From the NCBI GenBank assembly GCA_946965045.2, contig OX337230.1:2852001-2916000 (forward strand): 64,000 bases of DNA, given 5' to 3'. This document shows positions 44,731 through 56,304 of the stretch, one piece after another; position 1 is the stretch's first letter; each line of letters begins with the position of its first letter. The position numbers were made by a program, and so were the translations under genes. The notes below the pieces were generated by a model. The model was not told the DNA's origin. It saw only the letters and a list, made by a program, of their open reading frames with translations, and made no database searches. Source of the DNA: Epithemia pelagica. Its lineage: Eukaryota > Protista > Bacillariophyta.

Positions 44731-45256
44731 AAATCCAACAAACAATCTACTCTGTCGTGTAGAGCGTAGATGAGAGAAGAAAGTCCAGTGCCAAGCCGTC
44801 CGGTCCGAGTATCGTCCATGGTGACTGCCATTTTACACACTGTTAGGCCGATCCCATCTTGATTACCAAACAGTCATTCTCCACAAAATTCAACACAACA
44901 TTCCATCGTCAAACTCCCCAATACCCCGACGATATTGGGTGTAAGAGGAGGCTCTCTGTAGTGTAGGCGTGCGTCATCTTGTATAAGTGGGAAAGAGGAG
45001 ACCGATGGGGTATGTGTCGAAGGATTTGGATGGGCTGACACGGATAAGGGACAGAAGGTAAATGTCAGTAGACCAGTCACTAACACAGATAACGGAGAAA
45101 CAGACTGTCGTCAGTATATTCGTGAGGAGACTGCGGGATTTGCAGCAAAACTCGAGTTTTGTTTGCCATCCCATGTATTGTTGTATGTAGTAGCGATTCA
45201 AAATTCAAAAACTTTCAGTAAAGGAAAGCAGGATCGTACGACACAAAAAACAGGAG

Positions 45257-47344
45257 ATGCCTCGACAACAGGGTACAGCGAAATCACGAATGGCGATGAA
45301 AGTATCTCCAGAGGAGATCGAGTCAGAAGACAATGACGAACATGTGTCCGAGGCGAAATTGGCAGAGGAGACGAGGCGGAGGAAGAGGTCAAAGAGCGTG
45401 GTGAGACAAGGGGAGAAAGCCAAAAAGGAACTGAAATCAGGAAACGCGATGAATCGCTCTCCAAGGAAGAGCGATGCAGAAGACAATCCTACGGACGATG
45501 AAGATGTCTTTGAGGCGGAATCGAAAAAGAAGAAGAGGCAGAGGAAGAGTGGTAAGCGCGACGTGAATCAAGGCGAGAAAGCCAAAAAGGTACTGAAATC
45601 ACCAAAGGCAATGAAACGCTATCCAAGGAAGAGCGAGGCAGAACACAATCCTACGGACGATGAAGATATCTCGGAGGAGGAATCGGTAGAGGAGAAGACG
45701 CAGACGAAGAGGTTTAAGCGCGATGTGAATGAAGGCGAGAAAAGGGAAAAGGAAGCGAAAGCAGGAGAGGCGATGAAAGCCTCTTCAGAGGAGAGCGAGT
45801 CAGAAGAGAGCGAGTCAGAAAATAATTCTACGGATGATGAAGATTTCTCTAACGTGGAAGCGGTAGAGAAGAAGACGCAACCGAAGAGGTACATGGGCGT
45901 TGTGAAACAAGGAGAAAAGGCCAAAAAGAAACCGAAATCAACAAAGGCGATGAAAACCTCGCATAAGAAGAGCGATGCAGAAGACAATCCTACGGAGGAT
46001 GAAGAAGGCTCTGAGGCGGAATCGGTAGCGACGAAGACGGAGACAAAGAGGTTGAAGGGCGTAAAGAAACAAAGAGAGAAAGCCAAAAAGGAACCGAATT
46101 CAGCAAGTCAGACGACAGCGAGAAAGAAGCATAGACGTCGTGGGAAGCTGTGTGACGTTGCTAAGGAGAAGTTGTCGAAGAAGACTGACGGACAGGAAAA
46201 GAAGTATCCATTGCTGTTGTACGACGATGATTCGAAAGACGATGAGTTGAAGCTATCGGTAAAGTCTATCAGGAAAAGAGGGAGTGTGGTATTGGAGGGA
46301 ATTTTCAAGCCGGAGGAGCTTGAGTTATTGAAGACTCGTGCATTGTTATGTTTCACCCATGAGGAAGTGGACGGAATTTCGAAGCATTGCGAGAATATTG
46401 GGCCTATTGTGACTACTAGCGGAGGCACACTGCAAGTTGAAATCAAGGAGAAAGTGAAGAAAGTTGAAGATGAACGTAAATCAGCAGTTGAGGAGTTGAT
46501 GTTTTGCATGGAAAAGAGGCTTAGAACTCTGGCATACATTCTGTACGGGTCACGTGATTGCACGGTCAAGAAAATGTATGTTTGGAAGAAGCTGATGCAC
46601 AATGGCTCCATGCGGACTCTATGTATCAAAACAATCTAAAGGCTCTGTTGTGCCTGTCAGTCGATGGTTGTGCGGTAACTCAGGTACTTCCGTATGATTG
46701 TCTTCATGACAAGCCACTGCTAGCTTGTCCAAGTCAAAAGACGTTGCGTAATGATACGATCCGCGAACGATTCAAGTACCTTTATGAAGTGAGTGGAATT
46801 TATAATTGGTTGAAGGAAATCTACAATCAGCGGCTGAAACCGGCAAAAGAAGACGGATTTGAATTTGGCGATATGTTTGTGTTTAGTGGAGATGTTCTTC
46901 ATGCCGGACCAAGTACGAAAAACGACCCAAGAGATCGATTGTTTCTGTTTATGACTCTAGATTTCGGTCACACTGCTGATTATCACAATCGTCAGCTGCA
47001 TCCTGCGTCATTGTACGAGGTGCTTCATGGCTGTAACAGCCCACAAAAGCTGAGAGCAGTGGCGATTCATTGTGCTGCAAGGCGGGCAAGCGATGCAGAG
47101 GTGAAGAATGCGTGCGACTGTTCATGGCCGAAGAATTCGACGAGGGGGGGGGGGGACGTCGGAAGGAATGACGACGGAAGGCCGGAGTACCCGTTCGTCA
47201 AGTGACTCAGCAAAGAAGAAAAGGAAACGAGAAGTTGATGCTGTCGAGCCAGCGCCGCCAACTCTTACGGAGCTCAAGGCAAAGATTGAAGAGGTGGCAG
47301 AAGAAGTGTCGACCTCCGGTGAGGAGAAGAAGGATGGGTTCTAG
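45257..47344 (+). CDS. Putative nuclear 2OG-Fe(II) dioxygenase-like (PhyH-like) protein with charged N-terminal repeats; split by two probable homopolymer frameshifts (about 46580 and the G-run about 47143-47155)
   Basis: QWLHADS (HxD), GDMFVFSGDVLHAG (distal His), RDRLFLF (Arg). A one-base shift gives KKMYVLEEADAQWLHAD; the third frame ends in KKKRKR (NLS-like). Confidence 0.6.
45407..46095 (+). repeat. Coding tandem repeat, 162-bp (54-aa) unit, about 4.3 copies
   Basis: QGEKAKK-type anchors at 45407, 45569, 45731, 45908 and 46070 (spacing 162/162/177/162; the 177 includes a 15-bp duplication). Confidence 0.9.
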
Positions 47345-48071
47345 GTATCATCACCCAACAGCACGAGAGGGCAGGTTGCGTCATGCGTTTATCAATCAGA
47401 CGATCAGTACATTGTGGTTATTAGTATGTTGAATGTCGTTAATACGTCAGATAAACTATGGAACTAGTTGCAACCTAAGGCTTTGTTGGTTGGGGATATG
47501 TATAAGTTGCACTGGTTGGGCAGTTGTGGTTCATCGGGTTCTGAGCTACTTCCGCATTTCATGAGATGGGATCATCGTTTCCAGTCTGTGTAATTGGACT
47601 TCTTCTTATATGAGGCTATGTGACGGAGTCCTGACATCTCCGTCATGACGTCACAATGTGGAAGATAACGTTGTCATGTCACGGAATGGAATTTATCGTC
47701 GTCAGGCAGCTGACTATGGTGCCCTTGGTGGGGGCAAGACACAGATCTTTTGGAGCGGCGCAGATTCGGGGGGGGGGGGGGTGGTAGCTGCACAGTGTAA
47801 TATATTATATAAAATAAATCGCATTTGTGTGATCACGGCGTGCAATTGCTGGAGAAAACAGTACCTGTGCTACCTGGATGCAAATTTCATAGTAGGTGAC
47901 TAATGGTAATGCTATGGCCATGGCAAAAGAATGGACCCAGTTTAGCTAAGGTTGAAATTACAAAAGTAACAATAGAACAGTACCTGTGCTACCAGGATGA
48001 TATAGCGATGGCAAAAGGATGCACCCAGTTGAGCTAACGTTGAAAGTACAAGAAGCAATGGACCTTGTAGA

Positions 48072-48887
48072 TCATTCGTTATTCTGTTGATAAAGCCACG
48101 AATCGAAGTCGACCATGGTATCATAGAGTTTGGAACCAGAGTCCGCTATTTTGTGTCTGTGTACATGTAGCAAGGGATCTTGAATGTTATTTCCAACGAG
48201 TATGCATGCTTGTTTCAAGAGGGAACGGTAGAAGATTGGATGCCTTTTGGCAAACTCATGAGGGGATACTTTGGGAAAGCGAGTCTTGAGAAAAAGGAGA
48301 AAGAGGTCTTCTGGACACCGAGAGCAGGGGACTTCGTAATCTTCTTCGTGCTTTACAGATGATAAGACAGACTTGTCGTCAGATAGAGCCCTGATATCAT
48401 GCACAGACATCTTTCCATTGAAAGTTTCCATCGAAAGGTTGGTTGATTGTGAACAGATGCAGGATATCGCAATAATGAGATTGCTATTGCATGGGATGGG
48501 ATATGTCATCCTAACGCAATGAGATCACATGACATGTGGAATTGTGGGATCATAGTAGGTACGTCATTTTTTTACTACTTCTAGGTAGATGACGTGACTG
48601 TCATTTTATGAAATGATATGTCGTTGCCACAGTCTAGGGGAGACGGTACAAGGAGAAGGTAAAAAGTGATGCCGCGTGTAGTCCTCCTGCAAGCAATGGG
48701 TAGCCTTAACATAGGAGTAGCTAGTAACCATGTGCTGTTGAAATGTAGGGAATCGCTTTAAGTCATGCACCCTAAACATGACACTACCATAGGTAGTTCT
48801 GCTCTTTTTCAACATGAGGGGAATCGACCCATCCTTCGACTCGAGTCCGCCTAAAGCAAACCTCTCAGGACCAGTATCGATGTGCAA
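48072..48887 (-). pseudogene. Unassigned coding remnants within the TE-rich region
   Basis: Two protein-like ORFs (93 and 145 aa) on the same strand; no family recognised. Confidence 0.3.
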
Positions 48888-49369
48888 ACCTCACACATTG
48901 GTTGGATTATAATGTAAGCTATAACCACTAGGCCAAGATGTACCTAAGTGATCATGGAATTATTACATTTTATTCCATTGGACGAGAGATCTCCCAGCAC
49001 CTATAGCAATATGATAACGGAATACGGAAATATATCACAAATATACTTCAATCGATTCAGTATTTTGGCCCAAGTTGGTATGTATTCATTTTATTCCGTA
49101 GAAGGAGAAATCCCCGAACGCCTGTGGCAATATAATATTGGAATATGCAAATATACCACAAATATATGTTCACCGATATATAGGATATAAGGAAGATTCT
49201 GTATTGAGTTTTGAGGCTCGGGGGAATTCTACCATATGGTATGGTAGCAGATGACACACGACAGGAAGGAAATATTCCATCCTATGAGATGAAAACGTCA
49301 CGACTGTGATGGTGTCGTTAAGGTTGCACCTGGATCTCTAGCCTATATCACACTCAAGAAATCAGAATA

Positions 49370-50065
49370 GGTAGATCTCTACCAATCATCAAGCGTCGAG
49401 ATATGTCATACGTCTATAACAATCGCTGACGTACCATGTATTACCCATCAGTCTCGGCGATATATCATGGCATGACATGGAAACGTCATTGATGAACGGT
49501 GACGTGAGAACTGTCTGCACTGCCCGACCTGGCATAAATAGGTACGCCAATACCTAGCTGTATCCGAAAGACAATGACTGCGATATCTGATGCCATGACA
49601 TGGTGAAGCGTGTAACATATGCTGATGGCATGCATCTAATTAGGTTGATAATTCCGTGTCGGTGTACGTTACTGAGTACAATCACTGAATCTCCCATGTC
49701 GTGAAATGGCACTCTTATTGCTGCATCATCTGTTATCTAGAGTAACAAGTCAGCCTAACAACGGAACCTGCATAGTAACAGTAGCTAAAGAGGTGTCGCA
49801 CGTAGTTAACCTGCTAGCAATGGGTAGATAGTAACTATGTGCTAGTATAAATCTTTGGTGCAACTGAAAACTGTGATTTCAACGTCATGAAATGACATCG
49901 ACACGAGACATCATAAATAGTGATGTAGAAAGCATAGCTACGCATTCGACAAGACGTAGCTAAACGACCACCTACGCACCGATCGAAATCGAACACGTCT
50001 CCGAGATATTCATGGCATGAAATGGAAACGTCATGGACGAAGGGTGACATGAGAATTTTGTGCAC
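49370..50065 (+). repeat. Left arm of a 696-bp inverted repeat
   Basis: Reverse complement of 59616-60311 with 2 mismatches, both CpG vs TpG. Confidence 0.95.
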
Positions 50066-50737
50066 TACTGAATCTAGGTACTAAGTAAATGCGTCTTAAT
50101 CAAAAGCGGCTGACGTTACTGAGTACAATCACTGGATCTCCCATGTCATGAAATGACACTCTTGCTTCATCATCTGTTATGTACGGCAACAACTTAGCGT
50201 AGCTTATACTACGCAGCGACTGAAAACCATCATGTCTGAGATGAATTCATGGGATTTAGATATCTCATGTCATGACATGGAAATGTCAGCGATGAAGGGT
50301 GACGTGAGAACTATTTGCACAGTTTGCCAGCAATGAAGCTAAAAAGTTATCGCGCGTAGTACGAAGGTACAGAGCATTCCTGCCTATCAATACTAATTCT
50401 TGTTACAATAGGTAGGGTCTACAAAGTACTCCTATCTGCTTGCCCACATCGCCGTGTAAGGATCTATGTCATCGGAAGGCAGGATCGCATTCCTTGACAT
50501 GACGTAGCCAAACCTAGAAGGCCGCACTAATGACGTCTCCCATACGTTGGTAGAACGTTTAGTATATGTATCTTTGAGAGGGACAATGACTGGTGTTTGT
50601 ACATCTACATTCATTTGCACCGCAACTACATATCATCCTTAGATGCTCTTACTTGTGCTTTGACAGGGTACTAAGACGATGCGACATACCACGCATCATC
50701 TTCAAGATTCCAGATCTGTAAATTATGTCACATTGGT

Positions 50738-51577
50738 TTATCCCTTGCGAGCAGCAAAAGCTTTATCTTCACTTCCTGTCGCCGCAAGTACGCCAACGTA
50801 CCTCTTAACTTCCACGATACTACGGAATTTCCGCTCTCTCCCGTCCGTTGTAGGAGCAAACCAGTAGAAATCAACGCGATTTTTCGTCATTCCACTTTGT
50901 CGTTTATACTGCCTCTCCACCCAACCTTCGGGCCAACCCTCCTCACGTAGGAACTTCGTTGGCTCACCTACATACACTGGATTGCTTGCTGACTTGTCTG
51001 TGGAAGCTTTTGTCTGCCGCTTGACCGTTTTCTTCTTTGCTTTCGCAAGCGTTGTTTTCTTGACAGCCTTTTTCGGTTTGACAGGCGGTGTAAGGGACGG
51101 AGTTGATTTCTGATTAGGAGAAGATGATCTCTTTCGAAGCGATGTAGCCACAGACTTCCTTTTGCTGACGGATCGTATGGGGTTGCGTGTGCTTACAGTG
51201 CTCGATACGGTGGGTGGAAACCCACCAGTTAACAAAACTTCTTCTTCCTGACATTTGTCATCCAACAGAGCTTTCCTAGCTATTCGTTTTTTCTTTCGTC
51301 CAGATGGCAAGCGTTGGATCCAGTTCTCGTCACGAGAAGATTGGACAAGCACAGACTCAAATGCCGTTTTTTTACTTGGAAACTGGTTGGCTCCTCTTTC
51401 CGTTGCCTTTGAATCATCAGCCGCAACTTCTTCTTCAAAAGTCTGGCTGACCACTTCCGCCTCTGTTTCCGGTATGGCGCCCTCAGGAACTCCACCAGAG
51501 CTCCGCATCATTTCCTCCTCTTCGTCGGAGCTGTCGTCGGAATCGATGAAGATGACTGTCACTACCTTGTTCGACAT
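50738..51577 (-). CDS. Methyl-CpG-binding-domain (MBD) protein with disordered acidic/basic N-terminus (279 aa from ATG 51577)
   Basis: C-terminal GWPEGWVERQYKRQSGMTKNRVDFYWFAP...RKFRSIVEVKRYV matches the MBD consensus; KKKR NLS-like motifs; intact ORF. Confidence 0.8.
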   Translation of the reverse strand: MSNKVVTVIFIDSDDSSDEEEEMMRSSGGVPEGAIPETEAEVVSQTFEEEVAADDSKATERGANQFPSKKTAFESVLVQSSRDENWIQRLPSGRKKKRIARKALLDDKCQEEEVLLTGGFPPTVSSTVSTRNPIRSVSKRKSVATSLRKRSSSPNQKSTPSLTPPVKPKKAVKKTTLAKAKKKTVKRQTKASTDKSASNPVYVGEPTKFLREEGWPEGWVERQYKRQSGMTKNRVDFYWFAPTTDGRERKFRSIVEVKRYVGVLAATGSEDKAFAARKG

Positions 51578-51751
51578 CCCGCGGTTGCTCCAGATGCGTA
51601 TCAAACGGACTTTCAAGAGAAACAAACAAAGCACTACTACTTGCAATCGAGAGTCCTTTCCCGCGTGACTCGTAACCTTATACAAGCAAGTAGTAGGACT
51701 CGGGACTCGTGGTCGTGAGCGGGTTAATCTAGCTATATTAGCTGTGTTTCC

Positions 51752-52781
51752 CGGCATATTGCATTCGACGACTATCGAACGGAACTATCTGCTGTCAAAT
51801 GACTATCCATGACTGTTGACAGAAACGTCACTGTGCTTGTTCTTTATGGTAATTGGTAGGGAGAACATGTACATGACTGCTTCGGTGTCGAGTGAAGTTG
51901 GGACACCCCTCACTGAGCAAACGATGACGTTTGGAGGTAGTGCGTCACACATTTCATGGGATGAGATATTTCTCTACATTTGCCTTGTAGAGACTAACAA
52001 TACCACCAATCACAGACAGGTGCTAGCACTGACGTTAGGATTAGTTAACACACGACTGCATCGGTCTAGAAACACCCGTCACTGAGCGAAGTATGACGTT
52101 TGCTAATTCACTACCAATGGTATGAAAATCTAGCGGAAACTGAAGTAGTGCGTCACACATTTCATGGGATGGGAGATACCATGTCAATGGATATTGATTG
52201 TGATGTCAAAATGTGACATCGATTGCAGAGAACTTGCGATGTGACGTTGTCATCAATCACTTACCAATGTTATTGTTGGTAACAAGTATCCGATGTGATT
52301 GACTGAAGTCATAAATTAGCATAACTTGCAACAACATCATGGGTAGGAACACACACAGCACCCCTGCCAACAATGGCAAAGACAAAATAATCCCCAAAAA
52401 AGTCAAAGACTCCATTGAGAAGAAATCCCCATCACGAAACTCTATGATTTTCTCCAGCGATGATTCGGAAGACACTCCTACAATGTCACCACCAATGGTG
52501 ACGGCGTATGACAAAATGGAAACGGACTCATTTAAAGACATGAAAGAAAGTTTGAAGACCCAAGATATAACAGTCAAGATTACCCCGGACAAGAATGATG
52601 ATGACAGCGACATTATTGAAGACAGTGATGACGATAATATGATTGTGATGTCGCCGAAGAAACTTCATCCATCTCCAGTGTCGAAGACAGAGATGAACCT
52701 GAAATTTTGTTCCGGCAGCCCCAATAAATCTGTTGACACCAAAAATAACCTTGCTACAAAAACAAGATGCATTGGGCCATT
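51752..52781 (+). repeat. 1030-bp direct repeat, copy 1 (MBD/unknown-gene intergenic region plus 5' part of the unknown gene)
   Basis: Matches 55275-56304 (offset 3523), about 98% identical by eye. Confidence 0.93.
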
Positions 52782-53409
52782 TAAACTTGTCAATAAATAT
52801 GTCATCTTGCTGCTTGTTGCGAAAGAAGCTGCCGATGGCCAGTTTCTATATTGCTTCTCCAATTTCCTTGTCATGAATACAGTGGAAAATAACATGAATA
52901 CATTTTTCAGCGACATGATGGTGGATTCAGATAACATCTACTACTTGGTCGACAAAGATGGGAAAGAAATTTGTCACCAAGGAACTGCAAAATCAACAGG
53001 AAACTCCTATGACAAGAAAATTGGCATGATTGCTGTATATATGGAGACCAAACCGAGTAAAGAGGCTTTAGCGTACTTGTCGAGTTCATTTCATAAAGTG
53101 GTTGAAAATACGAAGTTCAAAGACAAAAAGGTCTTGGATGGATTGGAAGAGTTTAACAAGTACAATTTTCTAATCAGTGCCGAAGGAGGTCTCGGTAAAT
53201 GGATCGGTCGTGATGGCCTGGTGTCCATGCTTTGTCTGCAGTATGATGACTTTGAGGTCTATACAGGATGGGCAAATACGGAAGAGAGACAGGAGATGAT
53301 GAAGTCTTTCTATCCATTTGGCCATTGGACAGTTGAAAATGCAAGCTGTTTGGGAGTGCCGAAGAAATTTTTATCCTATCCGGAAAAAGTGAAGATGGCG
53401 TCGTCATAA
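52339..53409 (+). CDS. Unknown 356-aa protein (disordered N-terminal half, predicted folded C-terminal half), head to head with the MBD gene
   Basis: Intact ORF with ATG and TAA; no motif recognised. Confidence 0.7.
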   Translation: MGRNTHSTPANNGKDKIIPKKVKDSIEKKSPSRNSMIFSSDDSEDTPTMSPPMVTAYDKMETDSFKDMKESLKTQDITVKITPDKNDDDSDIIEDSDDDNMIVMSPKKLHPSPVSKTEMNLKFCSGSPNKSVDTKNNLATKTRCIGPFKLVNKYVILLLVAKEAADGQFLYCFSNFLVMNTVENNMNTFFSDMMVDSDNIYYLVDKDGKEICHQGTAKSTGNSYDKKIGMIAVYMETKPSKEALAYLSSSFHKVVENTKFKDKKVLDGLEEFNKYNFLISAEGGLGKWIGRDGLVSMLCLQYDDFEVYTGWANTEERQEMMKSFYPFGHWTVENASCLGVPKKFLSYPEKVKMASS

Positions 53410-53514
53410 AAACATCAGGTAGTTCATTCCATTATATATTTGATTAATATCGTTGTTTCCATTATTTAACGATCACCGGTCAAAATACCAGCCACTATAT
53501 GCATATGCCGCTAC

Positions 53515-54117
53515 CAACTACCAACTACCATCATTATTTAACAATCACCTTTCATAACATCTTACCCGATCGCAGATGCGTCATGCACTACCCTACCAAC
53601 TATAATAAGTCCGACGCATAGCCTCCATCTCCTATGCGACCCAAGAGACGTCACTGTTGATCTGTATAGTCTCTAGTGACTCCTTATACCGACAAAAAAG
53701 AACAATACACCCCTGGCGTCGAAATGTCGCCCGCGCAGTCGGTCGGCCTGCCTTTGCGGCAGGCTTGCGGCAGCTAGCTTCTAGCTATAAGCTTTTCATC
53801 CTGGTAGCACAGGTAGTGTTTTCTTCAACGGACATACCTCTAGCTGCAGGTGTCTTCAGCGCATACCTAGCTAGCTTCAGCAGGGAAGAGGCGATTTTGC
53901 TTCCACGTTTGTTGACGGGCTGTGCAAACAGTTCTCACGTCACCCTTCATCCGTGACGTTTTCATATCGTGGCGCGAGACATCGCAATCAGATGAATTGC
54001 TCTTGCACATGATGGCTTCAGACGTACGACCGAACTACCTAGACTTATAGGACCCGGATATGTGTGTTCCATCATCTGACACCACATAGTTGTGTCCGTG
54101 GACAGCGTGTCGTGCAA
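53515..54117 (+). repeat. Non-coding repeat unit, also present with indels at about 58955-59620
   Basis: Shared blocks (caactaccatc.ttattt, ctagctataagcttttcatcctggtagcacagg, gttctcacgtcacccttcatccgtgacg...gtgtcgtgca); related inverted fragments at 47858-48050. Confidence 0.85.
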
Positions 54118-54594
54118 TGCCTGCCTTGGTGTATCGGACAAGATTGTCATCAGTAAATTGCAATTCCGCGCTGTTACAGGTCTGGTAGGTAGGAGTACAG
54201 GTAACACTATGGAGAGGAACAGGAACAGCCGCAGCGTTAGAGTCAGATCGTGTCTTACGTAGCTAGATGCGTGTCATCAGCATCTGAAATCGAGACCAAT
54301 TTATCGCATTGCGATATCTCATGGCGTGACATGGAAACGTCATCGATGAACGGTGAGGTGATGCACGCCATCGTGGAACCCCTAACATATCGTGACGACA
54401 ACCTTGCCAATGTGTCCAATTTGGGAGATATTGTCGAATACCCATTGTAGAGTCAGTATCTTTCTTAAAGGCCGTTCCTGTGCTTCGAGGTGGCATTACA
54501 ATCGTCATGTCATACCACCTCATGTATGTGTACCTGGCGGACGAAATGATGTCTGAAGTCAATTTCATTGCCTTGCGGCGAACTTTGTAACCTA

Positions 54595-54832
54595 GCTACC
54601 GAAACATTCATGCCCACCTAGGTATTTATCGGATTGATAGTAAGGAGTCTATAGGGGATGGAGTCTATATTAGTTATGGCTGTATCCCGGGGACAAAATA
54701 ATGGTTATCTTTGTCAGGTAGCTACGGAAACATTCACGCCTATCCTAGGTATTCGTCGCATTGATAGTAAGGAGTCTATATGTGGCAATAGCCTACCTAG
54801 GAATTAGTCGGGTTGATAGTAAGGAGTCTATA
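54595..54832. repeat. Three imperfect about 60-bp repeats with invariant 20-bp core TTGATAGTAAGGAGTCTATA
   Basis: Cores at 54634, 54761 and 54813. Confidence 0.85.
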
Positions 54833-55156
54833 TTAGTCATAGGCAACATACAAATGAGTCCAAAAAACGAAGTGCATGTGACAAGTGCTTCGTCCCTGTT
54901 CCTCAATTACTCCTTTAAAGGCAAGAACTTCTGAAGAGACTCTTGGGGGTTCATTGTTTTGCGTGTTATTTGGAACGTGCAATTGTAGGAAAGTAAGAAG
55001 TATAAGAGTTGCAAGCGCTTCATGCGATATTCCACAACAGCGGTGTGGAAGATGTTGTATGAATAAAACGAATGTAGAATAGAGACATCGTGGTTGGTCG
55101 AGCTGGTTCATATGCTGCACAACCATCTTTCTTGTCCAATTCTTCTGGTGGATCAA
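54833..55156 (-). pseudogene. Helitron Rep (HUH endonuclease) fragment
   Basis: GVIEEQGRSTCHMHFVFW matches Helitron Rep motif 2 (E.Q.RG..HxH). Confidence 0.75.
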
Positions 55157-55274
55157 ATGGTTATGAATGGCAGAAGTGAAACAGGATATCTGATTTGGAG
55201 CTACAACTTATGTTGAGGCCTGTTCAGGCAGTTCTCACGCCACTGTCTACCAACTACGAGCCCAATACATGGTG

Positions 55275-56304
55275 CGGCATATTGCATCGGACGACTATCG
55301 AATGGAACTATCTGCTGTCAAATGACTATCCATGACTGTTGACAGAAACGTCACTGTGCTTGTTCTTTATGGTAATTAGTAGGGAGAACATGTACATGAC
55401 TGCTTCGGTGTTGAGTGAAGTTGGGACACCCCTCACTGAGCAAACGATGACGTTTGGAGGTAGTGCGTCACACATTTCATGGGATGAGATATTTCTCTAC
55501 ATTTGCCTTGTAGAGACTAACAATACCACCAATCACAGACAGGTGCTAGCACTGACGTTAGGATTAGTTAACACACGACTGCATCGGTCTAGAAACACCC
55601 GTCACTGAGCGAAGTATGACGTTTGCTAATTCACTACCAATGGTATGAAAATCTAGCGGAAACTGAAGAAGTGCGTCACACATTTCATGGGATGGGAGAT
55701 ACCATGTCAATGGATATTGATTGTGATGTCAAAATGTGACATCGATTGCAGAGAACCTGCGATGTGACGTTGTCATCAATCACTTACCAATGTTATTGTT
55801 GGTAACAAGTATCCGAAGTGATTGACTGAAGTCATAAATTAGCATAACTTGCAACAACATCATGGGTAGGAACACACGCAGCAGCCCTGCCAACAATGGC
55901 AAAGACAAAATAATCCCCAAAAAAGTCAAAGACTCCATTGAGAAGAAATCCCCATCACGAAACTCTATGATTTTCTCCAGCGATGATTCGGAAGACACTC
56001 CTACAATGTCACCACCAATGGTGACGGCGTATGACAAAATGGAAACGGACTCATTTAAAGACATGAAAGAAAGTTTGAAGACCCAAGATATAACAGTCAA
56101 GATTACCCCGGACAAGAATGATGATGACAGCGACATTATCGAAGACAGTGATGACGATAATATGATTGTGATGTCGCCGAAGAAACTTCATCCGTCTCCA
56201 GTGTCGAAGACAGAGATGAACCTGAAATTTTGTTCCGGCGGCCCCAATAAATCTGTCGACGCCAAAAATAACCTTGCTACGAAAACAAGATGCATTAGGC
56301 CATT
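55275..56304 (+). repeat. 1030-bp direct repeat, copy 2, fused in frame to the Helitron helicase remnant
   Basis: Matches 51752-52781; ORF 55862-57184 runs open through the junction. Confidence 0.93.

Noticed and set aside
48606-48887. TET/JBP-like dioxygenase fragment (LHIDTG)
   Set aside because: HxD alone is uninformative, and the spacing to a distal His or Arg does not fit.
53746-53784. Helitron 3' terminus (GCCTGCC/GGCAGGC hairpin followed by CTAG)
   Set aside because: Suggestive, but CTAG is followed by C rather than the expected T, the hairpin is not kept in the second copy near 59200, and no matching 5' TC end was found.
54595-54832. CRISPR-like array
   Set aside because: Only three copies, irregular spacing (127 and 52 bp), spacers share similarity, no cas genes, eukaryotic context.
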